Source: Lama glama
Lineage: Eukaryota
Direction of reading: 5' to 3'
DNA: 64,000 nt
NCBI GenBank assembly: GCA_028534125.1
Contig: CM052816.1
Span: forward strand, 60,514,001 to 60,578,000
The position numbers were made by a program, and so were the translations under genes. This document shows positions 38,706 through 52,819 of this stretch, piece by piece. The stretch's first letter is position 1. Every line of letters starts with the position of its first letter. The notes beneath the pieces are model-generated. The model saw only the letters and a program-made list of their open reading frames with translations, had not been told where the DNA came from and did no database searches.

Positions 38706-40351
38706 AATTCTCCTGCTTGGTACTGTACGTGCTCTTAGGTGATGCCTCAAACCTTTTGTTACTGAGGTGAAGTATAAATACCAGGAGAAATAACATACCA
38801 TGTAGATTTCATACTAAAAATTTGCTTTCACACTGAAAAGCCACAAGGTGGCAATGTGTCATAGATGTTCAACAAAATGCTCTGTAATCACTAGACTCCT
38901 GTAAATGCACCAGGAGCCCTTTGGAACAGCCAAGCAAGCTGGGGTCCTTTCCATTTAGTCATTTTTCTCTTAATTACTAGTGGCAGCTGCGTAAAACACA
39001 AATATTTATTGTTTAAGGTTCATCAGCTTCTGCTACTTATTTTCCACCTGAAGTTAAATTTTTCAGCGTGCGGAGTTATAATTAATTTCTTTGGCAAAGG
39101 GTGTTATATCACAAATTAACAGAGGGTGGAAAAATAAGCCGAGGAAAGAAGATAATTCCTAAGGAGGCATTATGCGATTTCCTTACCTATTTCTGACAAA
39201 GCCACAAAAGACATGAAACAAACATAGAAGAAAGAGAAGGAAATCCAGGAGAAGGTGTAAGAAAAGGAAAAAAGAAAACACGTCAACACGTATAGAGTTG
39301 TAAGCGATTAGTCCATGAGCCAGAGTTTTTCACCAGAATCTCAGCCCCATGATGGGGGAGTATTATTTTAAATCTGGCAAAACCGAGGCAGTGAACTGTG
39401 AGGGCAGCAGATGCCACAATACACGCAGAACAGCCTAGCAGCACCACGCCATGTTCCCATTTTCCCAGGATCCCATTTTCTTCCTCACACAAAATCACAC
39501 TCCCAACAGGGCTCTCTCTAAATAGATCATTTTTCCAAATTTGCTGTGTTGTCAGCGGCTCTACTTTTCTTTCTACAATTAGTCAAAGCTTCTCAAAATG
39601 GTCCACTGCAGCCTTGCCATTTATTTTTCATTTTTTGTCCTGATTCAAACATTCTTGATCCCTTTAAAAACATTTCATCAGACCCTGGAGCTTCTGGCCA
39701 ACAGTCAACATATCACTCTGGACATTGCCCTTTAAATGATTTCAGTTTAATGTTTTCCAATTTTTCCAAACTCCCAAGACTCCATCCTACAAGGAACTCA
39801 ACTAAAGACAGAGGTTGTCTCCACAACTTTTCACTCACGTTCAAGGGCTTCCAAGCCCGTGCTTCTTAGGACATGCTACAGATACTTCTAATTTCCCTCC
39901 CTATGCAGTCAGTGGGCTCCTAGAGAGCTACACCCTGCTCCCTGGTCATGTAAACGCACTCACCTAGCACGCTGTCAGCCACTAAGCATCCTGGATTGAA
40001 ACACATTCTCCAGAAACACGGCTTTACTTCATTCACCTATGGCAAACACTGATTCGTGGTGGATTTGCTCAAAACTTCCCACGTTTAGTTTTCTTAACGT
40101 CCTGTAGTTCCAAGAGCCACAAAACAGTTTGAAGTACATTTGCATATTACTGTATTTAGAAGTCAGACAGACAGGGACCAAACGTACCTCTCCCAGGTAA
40201 GCAATGTCTCTTGCTAGCAGTGCATCACAGGAAATGGGTAAGCATCTTAGAGAACAAAAGGTGTACGCAACTACTGTAAGTCTGATGCAGATTTGGAGGA
40301 AGTTTCCAAAATCATTTGTTCTATAGAAATGCTAATCACTGGAATTCTACA

Positions 40352-40516
40352 TCTTTTTTATTCCTTTTTTTTCTTTGCCTTGCTTTGCTTCGGTTTCTTT
40401 GGGGCGGGGTGGGGGGGGGAGTTTATTTATTTATTTAATAGAGGTACTGGGGATTGAACCCAGAACCTCGTGCATGCTAAGCATGAGCTCTACCACTGAG
40501 CTATATACTGTCCTCC
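40352..40516 (-). mobile_element. Camelid SINE (vic-1-like)
   Basis: gaggtactggggattgaacccagaacctcgtgcatgctaagcatgagctctaccactgagctata with (TTTA)n, G-run and T-rich tail. Confidence 0.9.
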
Positions 40517-40929
40517 TATTTTCTATATTGATCTCATAGTTTGCTGTTTTACAAATACCAGGCTGAGTAAAATAGAAGAATCCACCACAATTATACTGTG
40601 CCTTCTGCCATCAGTGAAGATGAATTAAAGGCAAATCATTTACAAGATTTGGCCTCATTTTGTTCAGTGTCTCTGCCATCCTCACCACCACCACTATCTC
40701 CAAATGGACCATGAGTTTCTTCCTCTATGGCTTTATGTGTAGTTTCATCCGGCTGTTTCTAAAACAGGCATGTTATGACTTTCGATGAATACAGAACTTG
40801 CAGCCTTCTTAACTGACAGTTTCTCCAACCGCGTCTCCAGGTACTTCCCTGCCCAAGCACACAAGTTCTCTCATTTATATTTCTTATAACCATTGTTACT
40901 TGGAAACAAATGGAAGATTATTCTAACTT

Positions 40930-41735
40930 CAGTCGATGGCGACTCCTTTCACCTAGCTTCTCAAGTCGCAAATCCTACACTTATTCTGAACCTCTTTCTT
41001 ATTCCAAAGCCACTCAGCAAATCGTCTAACTCAACCTCCAAAACATATCCAGAACCCCATCACTTTGCCATTTCTACTGCTACCACTGCTGCCTCTGCCA
41101 TCTAGTCTCCCTTGCAATAGCCTCCCCCACCCCCTGCCCCCAATAGATCTCTCTGCTTCTGTCCTACTCTCAGCACAGCAGCAGGGACCCTTCTAAAACA
41201 TACGCCAGATGCTCCGCATCCTCTCCTTGGAGTCCTACCAGGACTTCCCCTTCTCCAGAACAAAATTCAAAGTCTTGACAACGCCCTACAAGGTCCTACC
41301 ACCTCTACCCCACCTCTCTGATCCCAGCCCCTAGTACTCCACTCACTCTTGCCTCAGACCTCAGAAGCCCCCCATCTTCCCAGCCCGGACCTTTACACCC
41401 ATCACTTCCTCTACCTGGGACACACTCCAGATATTGGCTACCATCTCCACCCCTCCCATCTTCCAGTTCCCTGTTCAAAGGTTACTCCTTGTCGGGGCCG
41501 GGGGTGGGGGAAGCTTTCTCTAACTGCCCTATGCAGAAGGCCATGCCCACCACTTTTTTCCCTTTCCTTTTTTTCTCCATAGTATCTATCACCGCATGAC
41601 ATGTGAGAGCGTTTGTATTTGTTTATTGTTCTTCTCCCACTAGAATGTAAGTTACAAGAAGTTACCTACTAGTCTGTTTTGTCCACTATTTGTCTACTGC
41701 TCTACATAAAAAGCGCCCTGGAAATATTTGTTGAA
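40930..41735 (+). mobile_element. L2 LINE 3' region
   Basis: cagcaaatcgtctaactcaacctccaaaacatatccagaa...ctcccactagaatgtaag...aaatatttgttgaa. Confidence 0.8.
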
Positions 41736-42574
41736 AGAAAAAAACCGCAAATCTCTGGTATTTAGTTTTTTAAAAAACTAAAAAAAAAAAAGACACATGC
41801 AATTAATGGTTTTTATTGTTGGAAAAAATAGGATAACCTTATAATATTAAATGTTATTCAAGGTGAAAATGCTAAAGGGAGTCTCTAGCCTTTTGACAAA
41901 GCTGAACACTTCACATATGAAAAAGACCCTTAGGTTAGAGCAAATGGCATGTTTTCAAAGAATCTTTTCTATATACCAAATAATATGCTAATTTTTAAAC
42001 ACTGCAACCTCTGAAGGTGATTCCTATCTAATGAATTATTCGACCTTTAACTGTACCCTAACTAGCATAATCACTTATGTCTATCAGTTCCTCTGTTTGG
42101 TAATTCCTCATTCATTTCTAAGATATGGCACATGCATTTTAAAGACCCATCCAGAATGCATGTGCCCTAAGGCCAAAGTTCATTAGTTCAAAGGGATCAC
42201 CAATGACATGGCATACACAATGGGGTCTCACGGTAAAGTCTTTTTGATGCTAAAAAAAGAGAAAGAGATGGACTAGTTAACATAGGGTTATGAAGACATT
42301 GTTCACTTACTCTGCTTCTTGGTATTAAATATTCTAAGAAATTGTAGATATGAAAATAAATGAATAATTGTAATACTGTATAGATTTTGCTTATAATCTT
42401 AATTAACTGCTGTATTGCCTTCATCCAAAAAGGAATCCAACTGGCAACCTGAATTGACTTAGACTGAAAAATCGGATCGTATTTACGTTTAAACCAAAGC
42501 CTTTAAGCAAGATTTCAAAATCTGATAGAGTTTCAATAGTTAAGACAGTCATTATTGTCCTCAAACTAATTCCG

Positions 42575-42770
42575 CAGTGGTTAGGAATGCCAAAGTTTAC
42601 TACCCTAATTAAGACATTTAACTATTTCTATGCCTGTTTCCTCATCTATAAAATGTTAGTAAGAATACTACCTGTCTCCTGAGATGGTCGTGAAAGTTAA
42701 AAGAACTCATACATGCACGTAAAGCAACACATGGAACGTAGTAAGTGCACAATAAACGTTAGCTGTGGTG
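42575..42770 (+). mobile_element. MIR SINE
   Basis: gcctgtttcctcatctataaaatg...gtagtaagtgcacaataaacgttagct. Confidence 0.75.
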
Positions 42771-44012
42771 GTTACTAACATCCCTGAGTAGAAGTTACCT
42801 CATGTGGAAACATCTCTGCATGTGTCCTTCATTATCAACGGTTTGCAAGGAAGTTAAACTTGTTACACTTTTACTGAGTGGTCTTTTTTTTTTTTCTTTT
42901 TGGCTCAAATGAGAAGTTGGTTTGAATGAACTGCTTTCAAATTATTTCAGGCTGTAATTCTCGTGCCGTGCTCCAGATCACAAATTCCTGAGGCTTGATC
43001 ACCCATTGCTGTGGAGTTTTCAGTGTGCAGGAAGTGAGGAGCCTACTCCAGATTTGAATTCTCAGGCACAGAAGGCCAATGTTATGCTACTTAACTCCTC
43101 CCCTGAAGTTCAGAGGTGGTGAGGATGCAGAGGGAAGGTGGATGAAAAGGGTGTGACACAGCGCTTGGCACACGCAAGCACTCAGTGAGTAGTAATGTTG
43201 GTGATAACTGTCACCACAGCTCAATTCACTTCTCCCCTTCTCTTAGCCTGTTGACTCACAAAGCATATGGCCCTTTGTTTACCTGGCCCTTCCGAGAGTT
43301 ACCTCTCAGGCATCCTTACCTCTACTCTGCACAACTCAAAGAATAGAGTGAAAAGAATTCACTGTACATCCTCACCACTGCCTGAGGAACATGCAACCTC
43401 CCTTCCTCCCTTCCCAGCATCCTAAATCCAGCTATAGATTGAGTCAGACGCTGAGAGAGCTACCATCTTGGACCACATTTTACTGGGACCAATTGAATTG
43501 AATTTGCTAACAATCATTTTGGATTATGCCACCCAGAATGCATGCTTCCATGTAATGATTTTGTAAGAAACAGCCTCACATAAATCCTGCACCTCTTTTC
43601 TATAAACAGAAGGAAGGGCCTGTATTGAACATTCTCCTCCTTGTCAAGACTCATCTCTTTATAAAAACAGTAAGCAGCTGTGCACCAGGTATTCCTCTGG
43701 GGACAAAAGTGGACAAAACAGACAAAAATCCCCACCCACTAGGAGCTTCTTTCCAGCTGGGGCGACAGAATCTCAGAGAAAATGCTGTCAGTTCTCTGCA
43801 CTAGGAACAGTTTGCCTCTGCTGGGTTATGGTCTGATTTTATCCTAGGAAGTCCATGAACCACATAACTAGCCACGTTCCTCTAATGCAGCAGCTAGAAA
43901 TCACAGGGCAAAGCTTGCAGACTGTCACCAGCAAGTGTGGCCCGTCCAGTCTCTATCAGGATTTCACAGACCTGGTAGCTGCAGTAACCTCACTGGATTT
44001 CACCTCACCCTC

Positions 44013-44362
44013 TGCTACAGACTGAATGTTTGTGTCCCCCCTGCCAATTCATATGTTGACTCCTAACCCGCAGAGTGACGGTATTTGGAGGTAGAGATTT
44101 GGGGAGGTGATTAGGTCATGAGGGGAGAGCCCTCCTGAATGGGATTAGTGCTTTTGCAGAAGACACCCCGCAGACCTGCCTTGCCCCTTCCACCACATGA
44201 GGACACAGCCAGAAGAGGGGTGGCTATGAACCAGGAAGCAGGCTCTCACCAGACACCGAACCTACCAGTGGCTCGATCTTGGACTTCCAAGCCTCCAGAA
44301 CTGGGAGAAATAAACTGTTTATAAGGCATTCAATGTTTCATTACAGTAGCTCAAGCTAAGAC
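44013..44362 (+). mobile_element. MaLR LTR (MLT1A-like)
   Basis: tgctacagactgaatgtttgtgtccccc...attaggtcatgagg...gatcttggacttccaagcctccagaactgggagaaataaa...gctaagac. Confidence 0.9.
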
Positions 44363-44585
44363 CCAGGTGGTCTCAAGTCATGGTGATCTTGCTGCCGAGG
44401 GGACGTTTGGCCATGTCTGAAACCATTTTTGATTTGTCCAACATAAAGGGACAGGGGACGTGCTGGTATCTACTGACTAGTGACCACAGGTGCCACCAAA
44501 CATTCTGCAATCTACAGGAAAGCCCTGAGCAACAAAGAATTACCCAGCATAAAACATCAATTATGCCCCAGTTAAGAAACTTTTC
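44363..44585. mobile_element. MER20 hAT-Charlie MITE
   Basis: ggtctcaa...ggggacgtttggccatgtctgaaaccattttt...aacattctgcaat...caacaaagaattacccagc...gttaagaaac. Confidence 0.85.
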
Positions 44586-45164
44586 TCTATGGTTGTTTTT
44601 CTTGTCTCTCTTCACCTATTTTTAACGTATTCACCTGGCTGAGTTATGTGTTATTATAGGTCATCTTGAAAGCGTTTTGAGAACAAGAAGGGGGGGTCAA
44701 AGGGAGAGCTTAGACTCTTACCAAGAATTGTTTATGTCAATATGATTTGTTAAGCAAATAATTTCCTGAGCCACATTAATTTACCCAAACTATTTAGCTG
44801 TTTATTGCATTTCGCTTTCTCAGTGAACATCCATGTTTTGCAAAATACATCAATAGAACATATTTAAACTGAAAGATGTGCTAGGCACCAATACCACTTT
44901 CCATCTGCAGTTTTGTAATTAATTCTTTGAAACACAAACTTCAATTAGCAATATAAAAAGCGTTTCAGAAACATCCTAACACACATTATTAGATCCAACT
45001 ACAGTGGTATTCACCTAAACAGAGCTGCACCACTAGCTTCATCTCTTAAGAGAATTGATTTTCTTTCTTCCCTCCCGAGAGAAATATGTAAATTAGCACT
45101 TTGATACCACAATCTCGCTTTTGTCTGTCAACTCAAGAAAATCAATTCCTTTGCTTATGAACAT

Positions 45165-45168
<4 letters not shown>

Positions 45169-45198
<30 letters not shown>
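45169..45198 (+). repeat. (AC)15 microsatellite
   Basis: Perfect dinucleotide run read directly. Confidence 0.95.
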
Positions 45199-45200
<2 letters not shown>

Positions 45201-48200
45201 CCTGCCAGCAATATCATCACAGTCCCAAGGACAAAGCACCACACAGCAGGCTTTTAATTGCCATGTGTACATTAAGCAATAACTTCAATAGTCTACAGAT
45301 TTAAATAGAGCTAATATTATATTATAGGTTTTTTTTAAGCATAGCACTTCTCAAAGTTCAATTTAGAGACAATGACACTGGGGAAGCACAGAGAATATAC
45401 TGATTTGACTTTACATATGTAACACCTATTTTCCTGTCACTTTAATATTCTAGATGTTTCCCTGACCTTTATTTAAGGACGTGATCTATGCCTGAAGTTG
45501 TTTACATATCTGAAGACATTAAATTCCCCTGGTACCATCATGTCCCCATCAGCGACGTAACTGAAGATTCTGACCGCAGTTAACCAAACAGGAAGAAGAT
45601 ACATTCCTCACCAGTCATTGCCTCTGCATTTAGAGTCAGAGGGGAAAATCGCCACAATGCCACAAAACTCGACATTCTGTGCTGGTTTCCCACTCTGGCT
45701 CACAGAGTAGACCCCCAGGCGGGTAGTTGTATAATTCCCATTTTAGCAACGAGGAGACAGGTTGGGAAAGATTAAACCCTCCAACGCTATCAGCTACACA
45801 ATAGAAACAAAAGCAATCAAGCTCAAGAGTCCTCACTCCAAAGTTCATGTTCCTGCCATTGCTCCAAACTGCCTCCGAGAGAGGGCCTCACCGTGGCGCA
45901 CAAATCACACCAAGCCAGACAAAGATAACTTTCATTTCCTCTTCCATCCCGCATCTAGGAAGATCCCCAGTCAAGACGGCATCTTACACTCCTGTGTAAC
46001 CCATCTCAATGGTCTAGTTCAATCCTAACCAATAGCAACAGAAGCAGTTTCTAGGGCTTCTTAGCCGAAATCCTCAAGTTAGAATTCTAGAATCACAAAA
46101 TATTAGCAGTGGGAAACACCAAGACCATAATCTGTTCTCTAATTTCCTACTTTTCAGAAAATGAGGCCCCGTCAAGCCAACCACCCAGCTTTGCAAAGAC
46201 AGCTGGCGCGTGAATCCAGCCCAGCACGTAGGTTTCCAGACCTGCCATCCACTGCCCAGCATGCCTCGCTCCCTTACCTACCCTGCCACAACCTCGCTGG
46301 TATCCATCATTCAATTCCAGTTGACTTATGTGAACTTCTAGGGGTTTTCTTCATACATGCTTTATAACCCACAGTTTTTGTTTTTGTTTTTGTTTTTTGG
46401 CCAAACGTCTACTATGGCCTAGACACTGTGCTCAGGGCTGAAGATAAAAACAGAATGGACACGGTCATCATCCTCAGGGCTCTTCCAGCAGATTGCAGGA
46501 GACAGACACACAGCCCAACCATGAAACCACATGGCAAACGTGAAGACTGAGTGAGGAATGAGGGACGATAGGGGCTTTGAGCAGAGATTTCATCCCGCAT
46601 CTCATTAATTTCCTGTCCTTACTGTGTTGGCTGAGCCACTCTCGTTTACTTACTGCTTGGAAACACAGGAGGGAATTGACTAGCATTTACTCACAGAGAT
46701 TATGGTCTTCTCGGGGACCCCAAAGCTACTTCAGGAAGGACCACAGAGTGGCATGTAAACCCTTGGTAATTTTCCTCCTAGCTTGGAGTTTTTCAGACTT
46801 GTTTTATTGTACAGAAAAAAGTTTTATCTTCTGAACAAAGTGGTCTAAGAAGACTTATGGGGAGACTCCTCTCTTTGCTCAGAAGGTGCTCTGATAAGTA
46901 CCGCAGTGGGAAGACATCTGATTCCGCAGGGTCTGAGGCTGAGCAGAACTATTTTGTATTATTGTAGGAGGAAGGATTTGTTGCTCAGAGACGGAAAGAG
47001 AAGGAACATGGAAACAGTGAAATAAAGCACCAAAAGACAAAGTGTGTTTTCAACTAAATGAAAACCAACCATGGAGAGTAACTGGCTGCCAAACATTTTC
47101 TGAGAAGAGGTGTAGAGAAAGAACAGAGTTTCTCCCACCATCGGTGCCACCCAGCCTAACCCAAAACGTTTCTCCTTCCTAAGGCACCAACTGCGCCACC
47201 ATGGCGGGTGCTCTGGGATCAGGCCGGGAATCACATCCCACTTCTGGACAGGACCAGACAACAGTGGGGAGGAGGAAGGCAGGGGTTTGAAGCAAGCCCA
47301 CAGCCGGGATAGCATTTAGCCACTTAAAAGGGACAAATTATAATTTCACTATCAAGTAAGGATAATGACATCCTCTTGACAGGATTTTTGTGGATTAGTC
47401 AATTTATCAGTATCAAGTTCCCAGCAACAGAAGCCATTCGAATATTTCTTCTCTTTCCCCTACTCGATCCTCTCTTACCCTGGTTCATTTTGCCAGAACC
47501 ATACACGGAAATCATCAAGCACTGGAATAACATTAATAACTTCAATAACATCTACTGAGCCTAAAAATAAACTTTCTACAAGTTTCTGGGAAAAATGTCA
47601 AAATATGCTCTTCTTGTAAAATAATGTCTAAACTCTTTAACTGGACAAACAAGTACATTAATATTCATTTCATGATTTTACAGTAAGAGGGAAAAAGGGC
47701 TGTTAGAGCAAGTCCGCCGTGGGGAACAGTAGCCAACTAAACCCTGACCCAAGACGCAAGATCAACACTCTTCAGAAAAGTGTTCCTAAGAAGCACAAGT
47801 CACGAGTTCTCTGCAGCTGAGGGGCCTCACCTGGTTAAAATGGAAATATTTGAGAATGATCGGAAAAACAATCACTGAGAAGTTGGCAAATAGAAAGAGG
47901 ACTAGAAGGAGGGCCCTGGGGATGCAGTGGTGCAGGGCCATGCAAATGATTTCTATCAGCTCCATGTCTTCTTTAAGAGGGGAAAACATAACCAGAGACT
48001 GTGAAGGGAATGGAGAAGAAAGAGAAAGAAAGGACTGAGGGAGAAAGGGGAGGCAGAGGCAGATGGAAAGAGCACAGAGTGACTGAGCAAGAGCTGCTCA
48101 GGGACGTTAATGTCCTGCTGGCTGCCAGGCTCCACGTCCCCTCATCCTTCCACTCTGGCTGTGTCCCACCCCAGAGCCTAACCATCATCTTTCTTAGCAA

Positions 48201-50273
48201 GAACAAGTAATAAGTAAATATAATTAGTTAACTATGTTAAGTATTTATCTATGAATATATTCCAGAATTACAAGTAAATGAATTCTAAGACCTTAAGTCA
48301 GTAGGTCTGTGGCTCAGCACCAAATCCATATCACTCCTGGATCTCTGTGTGACCAGGTGACCAGGTTCTGCCCAGCTGTCTATCCTGTTTCCCTGGGCTG
48401 AGTCTTTGCTTCTCAGTTACTAGTCTCCCTGGTCTGAGGCCCCAGAACTCGAGGTCTGGGGGCTGCCTTGGCCCCAGGACCTGGTACTGCCTGCCTCTTG
48501 CCTCTAAAAAGCAGCCTGCTGGGGACCAGGTCCCAACATGGTGCCTTCTGCCAGTCTGCCCGGTGAAATGCACATCTGCCCCACCTCTGTTGGGAGCCAC
48601 ATCCTGGACTTAGCACTCACTCTAGAACTTTAGATAATGGTGATAATATCCCAGCCTTCCTCTGTCCAGTCACAGCATCCCAGGGCTGAGTGCCATGTCA
48701 TCATCTACCAGTTCCCAAGAGTCAGGACAGGTCTCACCTGCCAGTCTCCCAGGAGAACATGAACTAGAGAAACATGGGAAGAAGAAAATGACACAGAAAG
48801 ACACATAAGAGAAGAAAGGGAGAGGGTGGGAAATATAGTGAGGGAGACAGAAGAAAAAGGAAAAAGAAGAGCAATGAATAGCTTGGCAGACTCTGCAGAA
48901 AAGGAACCCATCTTAACTTCTCATCACCCACTGCTCACTTGGGTCATGAGTGTGTGAGTAACTTGATCATTCTGATCTCTTGATTACTGATTATACTGTC
49001 CTTGAAAAGTCTGATTGGCTGATCAACCACTACAGGGAACACACATGTTTTTATCTATTCTTTGTAAAAGAGTCTGGCTCCAAACAAGAGCCCTGTGCTC
49101 TGAGCCTCCCTCCCCGCCCCCACACTTGCCAAGAAGAAAACTCTCCAGGTTCCAGGAGAGAAGAACAAAGTGAGACATTCCCTGTAACCACATGAAATCA
49201 AGTAAGGAAAAGGTTTTGCCTTTGGGTACAGGTTTATAACTCTACTAAAAGAAGTATTCACCAGAAGTTACGGTACAGACAGAAGATAATTCACTGTCAA
49301 GAATCCCTTGAGTTCTCAAAGTAGCCCCCAAGGACTGGGTTGAGTTACGTCAATAAGGCCAACACAGCAACAAGAAGAGTTGAAGAGGACTGAGAGTTTT
49401 ACCATATTCTGTTTTTCAACCATGTCTATAGACGATAATTCTAAAGATACAGGTAAAAATATACCTACTTTAGCCAATAAGAAGAAACAATTCTGTTTCC
49501 CTTCCCACTAAAGAACAAAGACAAAACCAATCAATACACAAGAACCCCAGGGAACCACCTGACCAGCTGGGGAGCCAACCAGTCCTCAGAAGGCATGAAC
49601 ACACTGACATCTGGCCACATCTGAAACAGACGTGGGCAGGTGGACCCAGAAAGCAACTTTACCGTCGGCATCTGACCTGACTCTGACTCCCGTGCCCCAG
49701 GTTTTTATTTTCCCATTCTTGCTCCAGACTCGCTGCTGGAAGGGATCTAGGTTGACCACATGTGGATCAGGCTGGAATCAAAAGACACACTAAATTAGAG
49801 GAAGTTTCCAATTTGAGCTTGAAATCTGCCAAGAACAGAACACTCCACTCTCTGCATATAGATAGTCTGCCTGTCAAGAAATTGAGGGCTTTTGTATACA
49901 AAAGCCTGGACTTACAGGTAAGTAAATTATATTTCTTCTCCTTATATGGGGATTTTGAATAATGAATCTTTGTACCCTGTGTTTACTTAAAGATTAATAA
50001 AAACCAGTTAACAAAATATGAAAGCATGGTTATCTACAAGACCACACCCACAGGACTCGTCTGGCTGGTGATGTACACAGTCCCCACCCCTTTGTATCAC
50101 CACAGCTACTGGAAGCCAGGCTTCTTCCCTACTAAGGCTATGGGTTTTCTTTGTCTTCCAGCTCCTGTAAGTTACAGTCACCCCTTACTGCTGAGAGGCC
50201 CCATCCTCACCAAGCTCAAGCCACCCCAGCCACTAAATCTTCATTCCTCATCTTCACTAGTCATTGATTTTTC

Positions 50274-50450
50274 CAGGAATCAGCAAACTACAGCCCATAT
50301 GCTGAGTAAAATACTGGACCACAGCCATGCTCATTGGTTAATATCCCGTCCACAGCAGCAGGGCTGAGCAGGTATTACCGAGCCCGTATGGCACACAAAG
50401 CCTGAAATATTTACTGTCTGGCCCTTGACTGAACAAGTTTGCCAGTGCCT
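50274..50450. mobile_element. MER58A-like hAT-Charlie MITE
   Basis: caggaatcagcaaactacagccc...cacagccatgctcatt...aaagcctgaaatatttactgtctggccctt...aagtttgccagtgcctg, with terminal inverted repeats. Confidence 0.85.
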
Positions 50451-50454
50451 GATT

Positions 50455-50735
50455 TCTTCAGTAAATGAGCATCCACTGTGGGCCAAGTACTGCTTGGGCA
50501 GCACGGAGAGAGCAGGGAGTAAGGCCAACCCCTTTCCTGAGGTGGTCATGGGGCTGTGAAGCAGCAACAGTGGGAACGGGCCCCTCTATCACGTGGGTGG
50601 TGAGGGGCCATCTCTCTGACAGGGGGCCAGGTGAACAGAGACCTGGAGGGAGGGAGCAGTGCAGGGGGAAGAGGCTTCTAAGCGAAGAGAAGGGGAACTG
50701 AAGCAAGAGTGAGTTCAGCATGTTTGAGAAAAATT
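50455..50735 (-). mobile_element. L2 fragment
   Basis: tgagcatccactgtgggccaagtactg...ggtgaggggccatctctctgac...gaacagagacctggagg. Confidence 0.55.
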
Positions 50736-50794
50736 GAACAAGGTGGCTCTTTCCATAATTTCAGTCCACTCCCCCCCCTCCTTCGCTAGGCACA

Positions 50795-50960
50795 ACCCTC
50801 ACTGCGGCAGGCATGTTCTAAGTGCTGTGGGCACATTATCTTATTTAATTGTTGAAACAACCCTCTGATGTGGTATGATTTTCATCCCCACTTTACAGAT
50901 GAGGAAACTGAGGTTTAGAGAGTTTAAGTGACTTACCCAAGGCATCAGAGCTAGTGATCA
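50795..50960 (-). mobile_element. MIR SINE
   Basis: catccccactttacagatgaggaaactgaggtttagagagtttaagtgacttacccaagg is a canonical reverse MIR core. Confidence 0.9.
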
Positions 50961-52687
50961 ATAAAGACTGAGGCCCCCAGCTAGCTGTCAGGCCCACCCT
51001 CTTCCTTGAGTCCATCTGTGTTTAGGCAGCCCTGGCCCTGTCACCCAGCTGCAGACCAACAGTTTTACGTTGCACCTGGTCCAAGGTGCAGACCACTTGG
51101 ACTGATGGAGGAGGCTTCCCAAGCCTGCTTTCTTTTCCACTCCCTGTTTTTGGACCATAACCTCAGTGAACTCCTCTATTTTCACCCACCCCTGACATTA
51201 CACAAACGTCCTAAGACTACTTCCAAAACAAACTCACTGAACTATGGAAGCCTCACTGACACAGGGCAACAGTGAGCAAAAGAAGAAAGGAGGAGGGGAA
51301 CTGATAGTTACAGAAGGCCTTCTGCGGGCCAGGCACTGATATAAACACTGTGCACCTCATTTCTGAGAGATGATGCTTGGTGAGAATGTTGAAATAGAAA
51401 AACTTGGCACCTTCCATTTAGGTTTCTGCATTCCACAGTGCTGGAGGAGTCTCCACAGCAGAAATGTTTTAACTGTAAGGGACAGCACGTGCTACTAGAC
51501 TGTGTTTCAAGATCAGTTATCACCGTATGTCCTGAGACAAGACATACAGCAACCCCTTATTCTTTTCTACCTCAGACCATGTTCTTGAATGTCCCTGCTC
51601 TGTCTCCTCTGTCTCCTTGCAGACTATCAGCCTTTATGCTTTGCTCACAAGTGTTCAGATGGTGTCTCAGGCATAACTGATTTGTCCTAAAGGAACCATC
51701 TACCCATATTAACATGCTTACCTCTTCCTGGAGGTGTGGGAGCCCACAGGCAGTTAGGACTCTTGGTGACTTAGCTTCATGATTTTCCAAGCACTCCCAA
51801 GACAGGTGTGTGGACTAACATCCCAGTGTAGCCTTTAATTTATAATGCCACTGACATACCTAAAAATCACTCACAGCGAAGTTCCAAAGCAACACGTACT
51901 ACAGAATGAGGAACACACCTCCATAAATGCTACCTACAAAGTATGGAATGCAAAAGTGGCAAGGGCGATGGAAAATAACTTTCCCTGCTCAGTAGATAAA
52001 AATTAGAAAAATGCTTTGCTGGCTCCTCTGTTTTAGCATTTATACAGGAAAACATAATCCCATTCTTGGTTAGTATGTCTGCTGCTCCCCATGAATCCTA
52101 ATCTCTAATCTGTGCCTCCCAAAATTTAGCCAAAGGCCTGACATAGTCAATACTTAGCATATGCATCACGTGAATAAATGTAGACTTTGTACTTGAGAGC
52201 ATTATCAGGTGACAACTATCCCAAGGAGTTAAGAGATGCATTATTGAGAAGGAAAGAAAAGAAGACCTAAATAAGGTTAAAATGCCTCCACCTATGTGTA
52301 CAATGAGAGGAGGGTTAGCCATGCAAAAAAAAAAAAAAAAAAAACTCCCTGGAGCTGGGTTCGGAAGCAGGCCAGCCATTCCTCACACCTGATTGGTATT
52401 CCTTTCTGATTGACACAAACCAGTTTTACTCACCTCCTTTTTCTCCCCAGAATTCCTGCCATGAGGGTAGAGAGGTCAAGGAAAATAAGCAAGAAGGACC
52501 TCTCCTCCAACAACTGGAGAAAGATGTAGCTAAACAGGTGTGTGACCTCTCTCTCTGGGAAAGGAGGCAGTAACAGCAGAATTATCCAGAAATGTATGTT
52601 TTATATTCCATAAATGGTATTTCACTAAAAATGTAGAACTATGTACCATTTCCCCATTTCCCAAATGAATAAGAATATAGGAAAGAG

Positions 52688-52819
52688 GCAGGGAGGGTCT
52701 AGCTCAGTGGCAGAGCACATGCTTAGCATGCAAGAGGTCCTGGGTTCAATCCCCAGTACTTTCATTAAATAAATAAATAAACCTAATTCCCCCCCCCCAA
52801 TTTTTTTTGTAAGAGAAAA
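52688..52819 (+). mobile_element. Full-length camelid SINE (vic-1-like) with TSD
   Basis: gggagggtctagctcagtggcagagcacatgcttagcatgcaagaggtcctgggttcaatccccagtac followed by (AAAT)n, a C-run and a T-run. 17-bp TSD aagaatataggaaagag (52671-52687) / aagagtataggaatgag (52820-52836). Confidence 0.93.

Noticed and set aside
28580..38856. AAGGTGGCAAT occurring three times (about 28584, about 28844 reverse, about 38845)
   Set aside because: Some 11-mer triples are expected by chance in 64 kb read on both strands; there is no regular spacing or extended similarity.
52688..52760. tRNA gene
   Set aside because: The tRNA-like head is followed by a SINE tail and flanked by a TSD, and four other dispersed copies occur in the window.
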